A DNA stretch of 64,000 bases from Auanema rhodensis (lineage: Eukaryota; Animalia; Nematoda), in NCBI GenBank assembly GCA_964057225.1, contig CAXKVF010000075.1, forward strand, positions 124,001 through 188,000, read 5' to 3'. The notes beneath the pieces are model-generated. The model was given only the letters and a program-made list of their open reading frames with translations. It was not told where the DNA came from and did not search any database. The translations under genes and the position numbers were made by a program. Positions 1 to 9,180 of this stretch are shown piece by piece. The first letter of the stretch is position 1. Every line of letters starts with the position of its first letter.

Positions 1-3000
1 CACCAATATCAATAAAAATTTGTTTTTAGACTAATATGGACATGGGGAATCTAATTTTGAAAACCGCATCTCTTTATCTTTCACGTGAAGCGAGTTACAT
101 ACCAAGTGCACATCACGTGTACATTTAATTAGCATAAATTAAAGTTCACGTAAATTTCAAAGTCATGGTTACCATGCACCAATGTCAATAAAAATTTGTT
201 TTTAGACTAATATGGACATGGGGAATCTAATTTTGAAAACCGCATCTCTTTATCTTTCACGTGAAGCGAGTTACATACCAAGTGCACATCACGTGTACAT
301 TTAATTAGCATAAATTAAAGTTCACGTAAATTTCAAAGTCATGGTTACCATGAACCAATATCAATAAAAATTTGTTTTTAGACTAATATGGACATGGGGA
401 ATCTAATTTTGAAAACCGCATCTCTTTATCTTTCACGTGAAGCGAGTTACATACCAAGTGCACATCACGTGTACATTTAATTAGCATAAATTAAAGTTCA
501 CGTAAATTTCAAAGTCATGGTTACCATGAACCAATATCAATAAAAATTTGTTTTTAGACTAATATGGACATGGGGAGTCTAATTTTGAAAACCGCATCTC
601 TTTATCTTTCACGTGAAGCGAGTTACATAACAAGTGCACATCACGTGTACATTTAATTAGCATAAATTAAAGTTCACGTAACTTTCAAAGTCATGGTTAC
701 CATGCACCAATATCAATAAAAATTTGTTTTTAGACTAATATGGACATGGGGAATCTAATTTTGAAAACCGCATCTCTTTATCTTTCACGTGAAGCGAGTT
801 ACATACCAAGTGCACATCACGTGTACATTTAATTAGCATAAATTAAAGTTCACGTAAATTTCAAAGTCATGGTTACCATGCACCAATATCAATAAAAATT
901 TGTTTTTAGACTAATATGGACATGGGGAATCTAATTTTGAAAACCGCATCTCTTTATCTTTCACGTGAAGCGAGTTACATACCAAGTGCACATCACGTGT
1001 ACATTTAATTAGCATAAATTAAAGTTCACGTAAATTTCAAAGTCATGGTTACCATGAACCAATATCAATAAAAATTTGTTTTTAGACTAATATGGACATG
1101 GGGAATCTAATTTTGAAAACCGCATCTCTTTATCTTTCACGTGAAGCGAGTTACATACCAAGTGCACATCACGTGTACATTTAATTAGCATAAATTAAAG
1201 TTCACGTAAATTTCAAAGTCATGGTTACCATGCACCAATATCAATAAAAATTTGTTTTTAAACTAATATGGACATGGGGAATCTAATTTTGAAAACCGCA
1301 TCTCTTTATCTTTCACGTGAAGCAAGTTACATACCAAGTGCACATCACGTGTACATTTAATTAGCATAAATTAAAGTTCACGCAAATTTCAAAGTCATGG
1401 TTACCATGCACCAATATCAATAAAAATTTGTTTTTAGACTAATATGGACATGGGGAATCTAATTTTGAAAACCGCATCTCTTTATCTTTCACGTGAAGCG
1501 AGTTACATACCAAGTGCACATCACGTGTACATTTAATTAGCATAAATTAAAGTTCACGTAAATTTCAAAGTCATGGTTACCATGCACCAATATCAATAAT
1601 AATTTGTTTTTAGACTAATATGGACATGGGGAATCTAATTTTGAAAACCGCATCTCTTTATCTTTCACGTGAAGCGAGTTACATACCAAGTGCACATCAC
1701 GTGTACATTTAATTAGCATAAATTAAAGTTCACGTAAATTTCAAAGTCATGGTTACCATGAACCAATATCAATAAAAATTTGTTTTTAGACTAATATGGA
1801 CATGGGGAATCTAATTTTGAAAACCGCATCTCTTTATCTTTCACGTGAAGCGAGTTACATACCAAGTGCACATCACGTGTACATTTAATTAGCATAAATT
1901 AAAGTTCACGTAAATTTCAAAGTCATGGTTACCATGAACCAATATCAATAAAAATTTGTTTTTAGACTAATATGGACATGGGGAATCTAATTTTGAAAAC
2001 CGCATCTCTTTATCTTTCACGTGAAGCGAGTTACATACCAAGTGCACATCACGTGTACATTTAATTAGCATAAATTAAAGTTCACGTAAATTTCAAAGTC
2101 ATGGTTACCATGCACCAATATCAATAAAAATTTGTTTTTAGACTAATATGGACATGGGGAATCTAATTTTGAAAACCGCATCTCTTTATCTTTCACGTGA
2201 AGCGAGTTACATACCAAGTGCACATCACGTGTACATTTAATTAGCATAAATTAAAGTTCACGTAAATTTCAAAGTCATGGTTACCATGAACCAATATCAA
2301 TAAAAATTTGTTTTTAGACTAATATGGACATGGGGAATCTAATTTTGAAAACCGCATCTCTTTATCTTTCACGTGAAGCGAGTTACATACTAAGTGCACA
2401 TCACGTGTACATTTAATTAGCATAAATTAAAGTTCACGTAAATTTCAAAGTCATGGTTACCATGCACCAATATCAATAAAAATTTGTTTTTAGACTAATA
2501 TGGACATGGGGAATCTAATTTTGAAAACCGCATCTCTTTATCTTTCACGTGAAGCGAGTTACATACCAAGTGCACATCACGTGTACATTTAATTAGCATA
2601 AATTAAAGTTCACGTAAATTTCAAAGTCATGGTTACCATGAACCAATATCAATAAAAATTTGTTTTTAGACTAATATGGACATGGGGAATCTAATTTTGA
2701 AAACCGCATCTCTCTATCTTTCACGTGAAGCGAGTTACATACCAAGTGCACATCACGTGTACATTTAATTAGCATAAATTAAAGTTCACGTAAATTTCAA
2801 AGTCATGGTTACCATGCACCAATATCAATAAAAATTTGTTTTTAAACTAATATGGACATGGGGAATCTAATTTTGAAAACCGCATCTCTTTATCTTTCAC
2901 GTGAAGCGAGTTACATACCAAGTGCACATCACGTGTACATTTAATTAGCATAAATTAAAGTTCACGTAAATTTCAAAGTCATGGTTACCATGCACCAATA

Positions 3001-5402
3001 TCAATAAAAATTTGTTTTTAGACTAATATGGACATGGGGAATCTAATTTTGAAAACCGCATCTCTTTATCTTTCACGTGAAGCGAGTTACATACCAAGTG
3101 CACATCACGTGTACATTTAATTAGCATAAATTAAAGTTCACGTAAATTTCAAAGTCATGGTTACCATGAACCAATATCAATAAAAATTTGTTTTTAGACT
3201 AATATGGACATGGGGAATCTAATTTTGAAAACCGCATCTCTTTATCTTTCACGTGAAGCGAGTTACATACCAAGTGCACATCACGTATACATTTAATTAG
3301 CATAAATTAAAGTTCACGTAAATTTCAAAGTCATGGTTACCATGAACCAATATCAATAAAAATTTGTTTTTAGACTAATATGGACATGGGGAATCTAATT
3401 TTGAAAACCGCATCTCTTTATCTTTCACGTGAAGCGAGTTACATACCAAGTGCACATCACGTGTACATTTAATTAGCATAAATTAAAGTTCACGTAAATT
3501 TCAAAGTCATGGTTACCATGCACCAATATCAATAAAAATTTGTTTTTAGACTAATATGGACATGGGGAATCTAATTTTGAAAACCGCATCTCTTTATCTT
3601 TCACGTGAAGCGAGTTACATACCAAGTGCACATCACGTGTACATTTAATTAGCATAAATTAAAGTTCACGTAAATTTCAAAGTCATGGTTACCATGCACC
3701 AATATCAATAAAAATTTGTTTTTAGACTAATATGGACATGGGGAATCTAATTTTGAAAACCGCATCTCTTCATCTTTCACGTGAAGCGAGTTACATACCA
3801 AGTGCACATCACGTGTACATTTAATTAGCATAAATTAAAGTTCACGTAAATTTCAAAGTCATGGTTACCATGCACCAATATCAATAAAAATTTGTTTTTA
3901 GACTAATATGGACATGGGGAATCTAATTTTGAAAACCGCATCTCTTTATCTTTCACGTGAAGCGAGTTACATACCAAGTGCACATCACGTGTACATTTAA
4001 TTAGCATAAATTAAAGTTCACGTAAATTTCAAAGTCATGGTTACCATGCACCAATATCAATGAAAATTTGTTTTTAGACTAATATGGACATGGGGAATCT
4101 AATTTTGAAAACCGCATCTCTTCATCTTTCACGTGAAGCGAGTTACATACCAAGTGCACTTCACGTGTACATTTAATTAGCATAAATTAAAGTTCACGTA
4201 AATTTCAAAGTTATGGTTACCATGCGCCAATATCAATAAAAATTTGTTTTTAGACTAATATGGACATGGGGAATCTAATTTTGAAAACCGCATCTCTTTA
4301 TCTTTCACGTGAAGCGAGTTACATACCAAGTGCACATCACGTGTACATTTAATTAGCATAAATTAAAGTTCACGTAAATTTCAAAGTCATGGTTACCATG
4401 CACCAATGTCAATAAAAATTTGTTTTTAGACTAATATGGACATGGGGAATCTAATTTTGCAAACCGCATCTCTTCATCTTTCACGTGAAGCGAGTTACAT
4501 ACCAAGTGCACATCACGTGTACATTTAATTAGCATAAATTAAAGTTCACGTAAATTTCAAAGTCATGGTTACCATGCACCAATATCAATAAAAATTTGTT
4601 TTTAGACTAATATGGACATGGGGAATCTAATTTTGAAAACCGCATCTCTTTATCTTTCACGTGAAGCGAGTTACATACCAAGTGCACATTACGTGTACAT
4701 TTAATTAGCATAAATTAAAGTTCACGTAAATTTCAAAGTCATGGTTACCATGAACCAATATCAATAAAAATTTGTTTTTAGACTAATATGGACATGGGGA
4801 ATCTAATTTTGAAAACCGCATCTCTTTATCTTTCACGTGAAGCGAGTTACATACTAAGTGCACATCACGTGTACATTTAATTAGCATAAATTAAAGTTCA
4901 CGTAAATTTCAAAGTCATGGTTACCATGCACCAATATCAATAAAAATTTGTTTTTAGACTAATATGGACATGGGGAATCTAATTTTGAAAACCGCATCTC
5001 TTTATCTTTCACGTGAAGCGAGTTACATACCAAGTGCACATCACGTGTACATTTAATTAGCATAAATTAAAGTTCACGTAAATTTCAAAGTCATGGTTAC
5101 CATGAACCAATATCAATAAAAATTTGTTTTTAGACTAATATGGACATGGGGAATCTAATTTTGAAAACCGCATCTCTTTATCTTTCACGTGAAGCGAGTT
5201 ACATACCAAGTGCACATCACGTGTACATTTAATTAGCATAAATTAAAGTTCACGTAAATTTCAAAGTCATGGTTACCATGCACCAATATCAATAAAAATT
5301 TGTTTTTAAACTAATATGGACATGGGGAATCTAATTTTGAAAACCGCATCTCTTTATCTTTCACGTGAAGCGAGTTACATACCAAGTGCACATCACGTGT
5401 AC
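1..5402 (+). repeat. 176-bp tandem satellite array, left block (30 full monomers plus positions 1-122 of the 31st)
   Basis: The monomer (c/a)accaatatcaataaaaatttgtttttagactaatatggacatggggaatctaattttgaaaaccgcatctctttatctttcacgtgaagcgagttacataccaagtgcacatcacgtgtacatttaattagcataaattaaagttcacgtaaatttcaaagtcatggttaccatg restarts at 1, 177, 353 ... 5281, an exact 176-bp phase with only scattered SNPs. Confidence 0.99.
5395..5402 (+). repeat. Left target-site duplication ACGTGTAC (minimal core GTGTAC, 5397-5402)
   Basis: Satellite sequence ends at ...catcACGTGTAC|cgtaatg. The same 8-mer recurs at 9179-9186. Confidence 0.92.
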
Positions 5403-5855
5403 CGTAATGTCTCTGATCCCGTTCATTTTTATATTGTTCGTGATTTACGTGTTGTTGCTGTTAAAAAACGAGTGCTTCCTAGTTCTATCGTTTCTGTTTC
5501 TCCGGCATGCATTTCTTCATCCCCTGTTCCCATCAACCCTACTGGCACTACTTCTGCTGACTACACAGCTGTTACAACTGTTTCTGAACTCTTACCTAGC
5601 ATATCCAAAAACTCCAATGCTGCACCGGCTTCAAAATCTAGTCGCAAGTCTCTTAGAACAGTCAGATCCAGTAGCTCTATTCCATCTCCTTCGAGAAGAA
5701 AAGTTCGCCCTATTCGTTACTCACTTCGCCCTACACCTTCCTCTCGAGTAAGAAATGCTGTAATAATACAACCTGCACCTCCTAGCGTACAGGGCGATAC
5801 TTCTTCTGGTTCTTCTGTCTCACCCAATTGTCTTTCTTCATTTCGCAAGTCATAG
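5403..5855 (+). CDS. LINE ORF1, C-terminal remnant (5' part lost by truncation): a short hydrophobic/basic segment (FYIVRDLRVVAVKK) followed by a ~130-aa Ser/Pro/Arg-rich low-complexity tail
   Basis: Open from the first base of the element to TAG 5853-5855, directly upstream of and overlapping the ORF2 frame. The ORF track call 5316..5855 borrows its first 29 codons from the satellite. ORF1 identity is inferred from position. Confidence 0.7.
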   Translation, partial: RNVSDPVHFYIVRDLRVVAVKKRVLPSSIVSVSPACISSSPVPINPTGTTSADYTAVTTVSELLPSISKNSNAAPASKSSRKSLRTVRSSSSIPSPSRRKVRPIRYSLRPTPSSRVRNAVIIQPAPPSVQGDTSSGSSVSPNCLSSFRKS

Positions 5856-8688
5856 TTCAATTACTAGCTCTTCTTCCATCACTATATATCTTTGTAATTC
5901 TCGCTCTATTCTCAACAAGTTTTCTCATTTTGATTTAATTTCACAAAAATATGACCCTGATGTTTTATGTTTCACTGAAAGTTGGCTTACTCCTGACGTT
6001 TGTAGTTCTAATTTACCTCTTTCTGCTTCGTATTGTTTGATGCGCTGTGATCGCAATAACAATAGGAGAGGTGGAGGTGTTCTAGTCATGGTTAAAAAAC
6101 ATATCTCAGTCTGTAATTTTAGTTCAGTCTCTTTTGGGGACTTCCTCCAGTTGGTTACATTTTCTATCGTTTCCCATTCCATAAGTCTTTCTATATGTTA
6201 TCGGGCTCCTCGTTGTTCTAATAGTTCTTTCAATTCCTTTCTTCATCATTATTCATCTATTCTTAACACCAGAGAAAAAAACGTGCTTGTTGGGGATTTT
6301 AATTTTCCCGGTATCAACTGGAAGAATTACTCTTTAACTAAATCGTCTCTTCAAGCCAAATGTTTCTTAGAGTTTATTACTTCTTTTTGTTTTACTCAAC
6401 TAGTTAGTTTTCCGACACGCGGTAAGTATACTTTAGATTGTGTGCTTGCGGATACCCCTAGTATGGCCTCAGTTATCGAATGCGTTCCTCCTTTTGGGAC
6501 TTCTGACCACAAATCTTTACTTTTTTCTCTCTCTCGTGATATATTAGATTGCATGAACAGTCCCTCCCGCCCAAAACTTTCTTTGGCATCTTCTTGTACT
6601 GTTTTTTCTGCTGATCATCCAAAGTCGCTTCTCCATAGAAACTTTCATAAAGCCAACTACAATAAAATTAATTTTTTTATTTCATCCATTAATCTGGTTC
6701 AAAGCTTTTCTCACTTAGATCTTTGTGCCGCCTATGAATCATTTGTCTGTTTTCTCAGAGAAATCATTTATACTCATGTTCCCATCATCAGACCTGGTGG
6801 AAAAAAAGTTCGCCTTGCTCGTTCAATATCTATTCTACATGATAATCTCACCAGGTTGTCTAAATGTTTCGGCCTTTCATCGTCGTCTAAATGTCGTACT
6901 CTTTCTCGTCGTTTGAATGCTTTACTCAGACGTCAGCGCGCACTGGATGAAAATAAAATATCTCTTTCCGGTAACCAAAAAGAATTTTACAAATTTTGTC
7001 GTAAACGTTTAGGGGGTACTATTGAAGCATCTTTTTTAAAAAATGGTGACTCTCAAGCTTCGGACTCCTCCACCAAAGCAAAAATTTTTTCGGATCACTT
7101 TTCTCAGACCTCTTTTCTTTCTTCTTCTGGAATATGGCATCACAGTGAAACTCCTAAATTTTCTCCGCTCCAATTTCGCCCGCATTTCATTGATGAACTC
7201 TGCGTTTTCAAACTTTTAAGATCTTTACCTTCTCGAACTTGCTTATCTCCTGATGGCATACCTTATATTTTTCTTAATAAGTGTGCGATTTCTATAGTAC
7301 GTCCTTTGACATTCTTTTTTAATGGTTTTTTATCCTTTGGGGTCTGTCCTAAAAGCTGGAAATCTGCATGGGTCAAACCTATTTATAAATCAGGATGTTC
7401 AAATGACCCTAAGAACTATAGACCCATTTCTCTCACATCTTGTCTCTCCAAAGTGTTTGAGCGCATTATCAGAAAAGACATTCTCAAGCATTTACTTGAT
7501 AATAAGCTAATTTCACCATCTCAACATGGATTTTTACCTGGGCGTAGCACTAGCACTGCGCTTCTCAAAGCTCACTCGCAGTGGAGAATCGCCAAAGAAT
7601 ATCGTAAGGATGTTTCTGTAGCTTTTATTGATTTTTCCAAAGCTTTTGATAAAATTAATCATCGAATTCTGATCAGCAAATTGAACAGTTTCGGAATATC
7701 AGGATCTCTTGCTCTTTTTCTTGAAGACTTTCTTTCCAACCGTTCTTTTGAAGTTGTTCTTGAAGATGCCTTGTCTGAACCCAAAGTTATTGAGTGTGGT
7801 GTCCCTCAAGGTACAGTTCTTGGACCACTACTTTTTTTGCTATATATCAACGATCTCATTTCCTCTTTTCATCGTGGCACTGAGGCTGTTGCCTATGCTG
7901 ATGACATTAAACTTTTTGCCTCATCAAATCAAAGTTTACAATGCTCTCTCCACATTCTTTGTCTCTGGTGCAATTTCAATGACATGGTAGTTAATGTCAA
8001 GAAATCGAAGATTATGATTCTTGGTAATGATAACTCTCATTGCCAGTTTTTACTCAATGATGTTCCTCTTGAAATTGTTGATAATTTCAAAGACCTCGGT
8101 GTTATCATAGATAAAAACTTATCTTTCCGCCCCCATATTCACTCCATCACTTCCATGGCGTCAAAACGCTGTAAGCTTATTCTTAGATGTTTTAATTCTT
8201 CCTGTCCCAAACTCTTATTCAGATTGTTCACCTGTTACGTTAGGCCTATTCTTGAATATGCTTCCGAAGTCTGGTCACCGTTTTTGCTAAAAGATATTCA
8301 ACTTGTTGAAAATGTTCAGAAGCGGTATGTTAATGCTATTTTTTTTCGATCGTCCATGGATATCCACGGATATGATAATAAACTCAAACACCTTCAAGGC
8401 AGGCGTTTAGAAACGAGACGCACTATAGCTGACTTATGTCAATATTTCAAAATCATAAAGAATGGCTCTATTCTTAATGAGTCCGTGCTTAGATCGAAAG
8501 AGCATAACTATATTCTTCGTCAACATGAGTTTATACTGATGCCGCCGGATTACAAAACTGTAGCTGCCCTTTCAAGCTTTGAGAACCGGCAAATCAAAAT
8601 CTGGAATTCACTCAATCCTATTCTAATTGGTATCAATGATTTGTCTGTTTTTCGGAAAGCCTTGAACACATTTATGTTCCCTGTTTAG
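5767..8688 (+). CDS. LINE ORF2 polyprotein: apurinic-like endonuclease plus reverse transcriptase, intact
   Basis: The frame is open from 5767 (after TAA TAA) to TAG 8688, further upstream than the track call at 6037. APE motifs: YLCNSRSILNK (5887-), DVLCFTESWL (5959-), RGGGV, CYRAP, GDFN (6292-6303), SDH (6502-6510). RT motifs: YRPISL (7417-7434), QHGF, DFSKAFD, GVPQG (7798-7812), YADD (7894-7905), DLGV. There are no internal stops or frameshifts. The true start is uncertain because the first in-frame ATG (6040) is inside the endonuclease. Confidence 0.95.
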   Translation, partial: YNLHLLAYRAILLLVLLSHPIVFLHFASHSSITSSSSITIYLCNSRSILNKFSHFDLISQKYDPDVLCFTESWLTPDVCSSNLPLSASYCLMRCDRNNNRRGGGVLVMVKKHISVCNFSSVSFGDFLQLVTFSIVSHSISLSICYRAPRCSNSSFNSFLHHYSSILNTREKNVLVGDFNFPGINWKNYSLTKSSLQAKCFLEFITSFCFTQLVSFPTRGKYTLDCVLADTPSMASVIECVPPFGTSDHKSLLFSLSRDILDCMNSPSRPKLSLASSCTVFSADHPKSLLHRNFHKANYNKINFFISSINLVQSFSHLDLCAAYESFVCFLREIIYTHVPIIRPGGKKVRLARSISILHDNLTRLSKCFGLSSSSKCRTLSRRLNALLRRQRALDENKISLSGNQKEFYKFCRKRLGGTIEASFLKNGDSQASDSSTKAKIFSDHFSQTSFLSSSGIWHHSETPKFSPLQFRPHFIDELCVFKLLRSLPSRTCLSPDGIPYIFLNKCAISIVRPLTFFFNGFLSFGVCPKSWKSAWVKPIYKSGCSNDPKNYRPISLTSCLSKVFERIIRKDILKHLLDNKLISPSQHGFLPGRSTSTALLKAHSQWRIAKEYRKDVSVAFIDFSKAFDKINHRILISKLNSFGISGSLALFLEDFLSNRSFEVVLEDALSEPKVIECGVPQGTVLGPLLFLLYINDLISSFHRGTEAVAYADDIKLFASSNQSLQCSLHILCLWCNFNDMVVNVKKSKIMILGNDNSHCQFLLNDVPLEIVDNFKDLGVIIDKNLSFRPHIHSITSMASKRCKLILRCFNSSCPKLLFRLFTCYVRPILEYASEVWSPFLLKDIQLVENVQKRYVNAIFFRSSMDIHGYDNKLKHLQGRRLETRRTIADLCQYFKIIKNGSILNESVLRSKEHNYILRQHEFILMPPDYKTVAALSSFENRQIKIWNSLNPILIGINDLSVFRKALNTFMFPV
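5838..5846 (+). promoter_or_regulatory. Candidate +1 programmed ribosomal frameshift site UCA_UUU_CGC joining ORF1 to ORF2
   Basis: ORF1-frame codons are TCA TTT CGC AAG TCA TAG. A +1 slip from TTT to TTC enters the ORF2 frame (TTC GCA AGT CAT ...), 13 codons before the endonuclease domain. Matches the UUU_CGN motif. Confidence 0.55.
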
Positions 8689-8998
8689 TTTTTTCTTATA
8701 TTGTCATTGTAGAAAAATTAGCTTGTTTTTCTTTCTTTTTTTCCATAAGCTCATTGATTATTTATATAATTTGTTCATCATATTTTGTCAATTTCTTGTT
8801 AATGACCTATTGGTACACATACATTTTCCTGCATTTTTATTTTTTGCATTTTTATTTTACAGACATTAGTCGTACGAATAAAATGCAGTTACTACACTGT
8901 GCTCAGAACGGGCTTGACTCTCTTTTGAGTTCCACCGCACCTGCCCACAATCAGAGTAGTTCGCTATGATAAGATCTAAGATAAGCGTATATAGATGA

Positions 8999-9033
8999 AT
9001 ATATATATATATATACATATATGTGTGTGTATA
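8999..9033. repeat. (AT)n/(TG)n alternating purine-pyrimidine microsatellite in the 3' UTR
   Basis: atatatatatatatatacatatatgtgtgtgtata. Confidence 0.9.
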
Positions 9034-9161
9034 GTTGGTATGGTCACTTCCACTGCTCTTTTCATTTCTCAGTCTTTTCTTTTTTTAATTATCCACTGTA
9101 AGGTTACATTAAGCATTTCACATGTTGTTGATTCATTTATGTCATAACCTGTGGTGAGATC

Positions 9162-9180
9162 AATAAACAAACAAACAAAC
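9162..9180 (+). terminator. LINE 3' end: AATAAA overlapping an (AAAC)4 tail
   Basis: c-AATAAA-caaacaaacaaac directly abuts the resumed satellite. Short tandem-repeat tails are characteristic of CR1/L2-group LINEs. Confidence 0.88.

Larger units (their letters stand above)
5403..9180 (+). mobile_element. 5'-truncated non-LTR retrotransposon (LINE), CR1-like clade, ~3.78 kb, inserted into one satellite monomer
   Basis: Contains an APE endonuclease plus RT ORF, a short-repeat (AAAC)n 3' tail and a flanking TSD, with no LTRs or TIRs. Satellite phase resumes at monomer position 117 at 9181. C-terminal motifs YVRPILEYASEVWSP, IQLVENVQ and FENRQIKIWNSL are typical of CR1-group ORF2. Clade was assigned by motif recognition, not by a tree. 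Confidence 0.95.
8689..9180 (+). other. LINE 3' UTR (~490 nt), U-rich, with several predicted stem-loops
   Basis: Lies between the ORF2 stop and the tail. Complementary arms at 8844-8888, 8891-8960 and 9093-9154. Confidence 0.85.

Noticed and set aside
36-128. 30-codon ORF (MDMGNLILKTASLYLSREASYIPSAHHVYI) in every monomer as a tandem micro-gene
   Set aside because: Common variants inside it are nonsynonymous (G45A Gly>Arg, T75C Tyr>His, C70T Ser>Phe), so there is no sign of coding constraint, and the length is expected by chance.
1-176. Identity with known satellites (alpha satellite, Arabidopsis CEN178, Brassica CentBr 176 bp) or a CENP-B box
   Set aside because: Only the length is similar. 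I recognise no sequence similarity, and the TTCG....A..CGGG box is absent on both strands.
5365-5751. 128-aa hydrophobic ORF resembling a membrane protein
   Set aside because: Its Leu/Phe richness is the expected +1 shadow of the TCT/CCT-rich ORF1 frame, and it is separated from ORF2 by three stops. Not fully excluded, since there is an ATG at 5407.
5925-7990. Small ORFs 5925..6182(-), 6725..6916, 7322..7510 and 7709..7990
   Set aside because: They are alternate-frame or antisense shadows inside ORF2 with no recognisable motifs.
8754-8969. 71-aa ORF in the 3' UTR as called by the track
   Set aside because: It has a non-ATG start and a low-complexity U-rich N-terminal half. Only the ATG-initiated last 28 codons are noted, as part of a finding.
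8689-9160. Hammerhead or HDV ribozyme, tRNA or snoRNA in the 3' UTR
   Set aside because: I could not find the CUGAUGA/GAAA core, a cloverleaf or properly placed snoRNA boxes by eye. A covariance-model search would be needed to exclude them fully.
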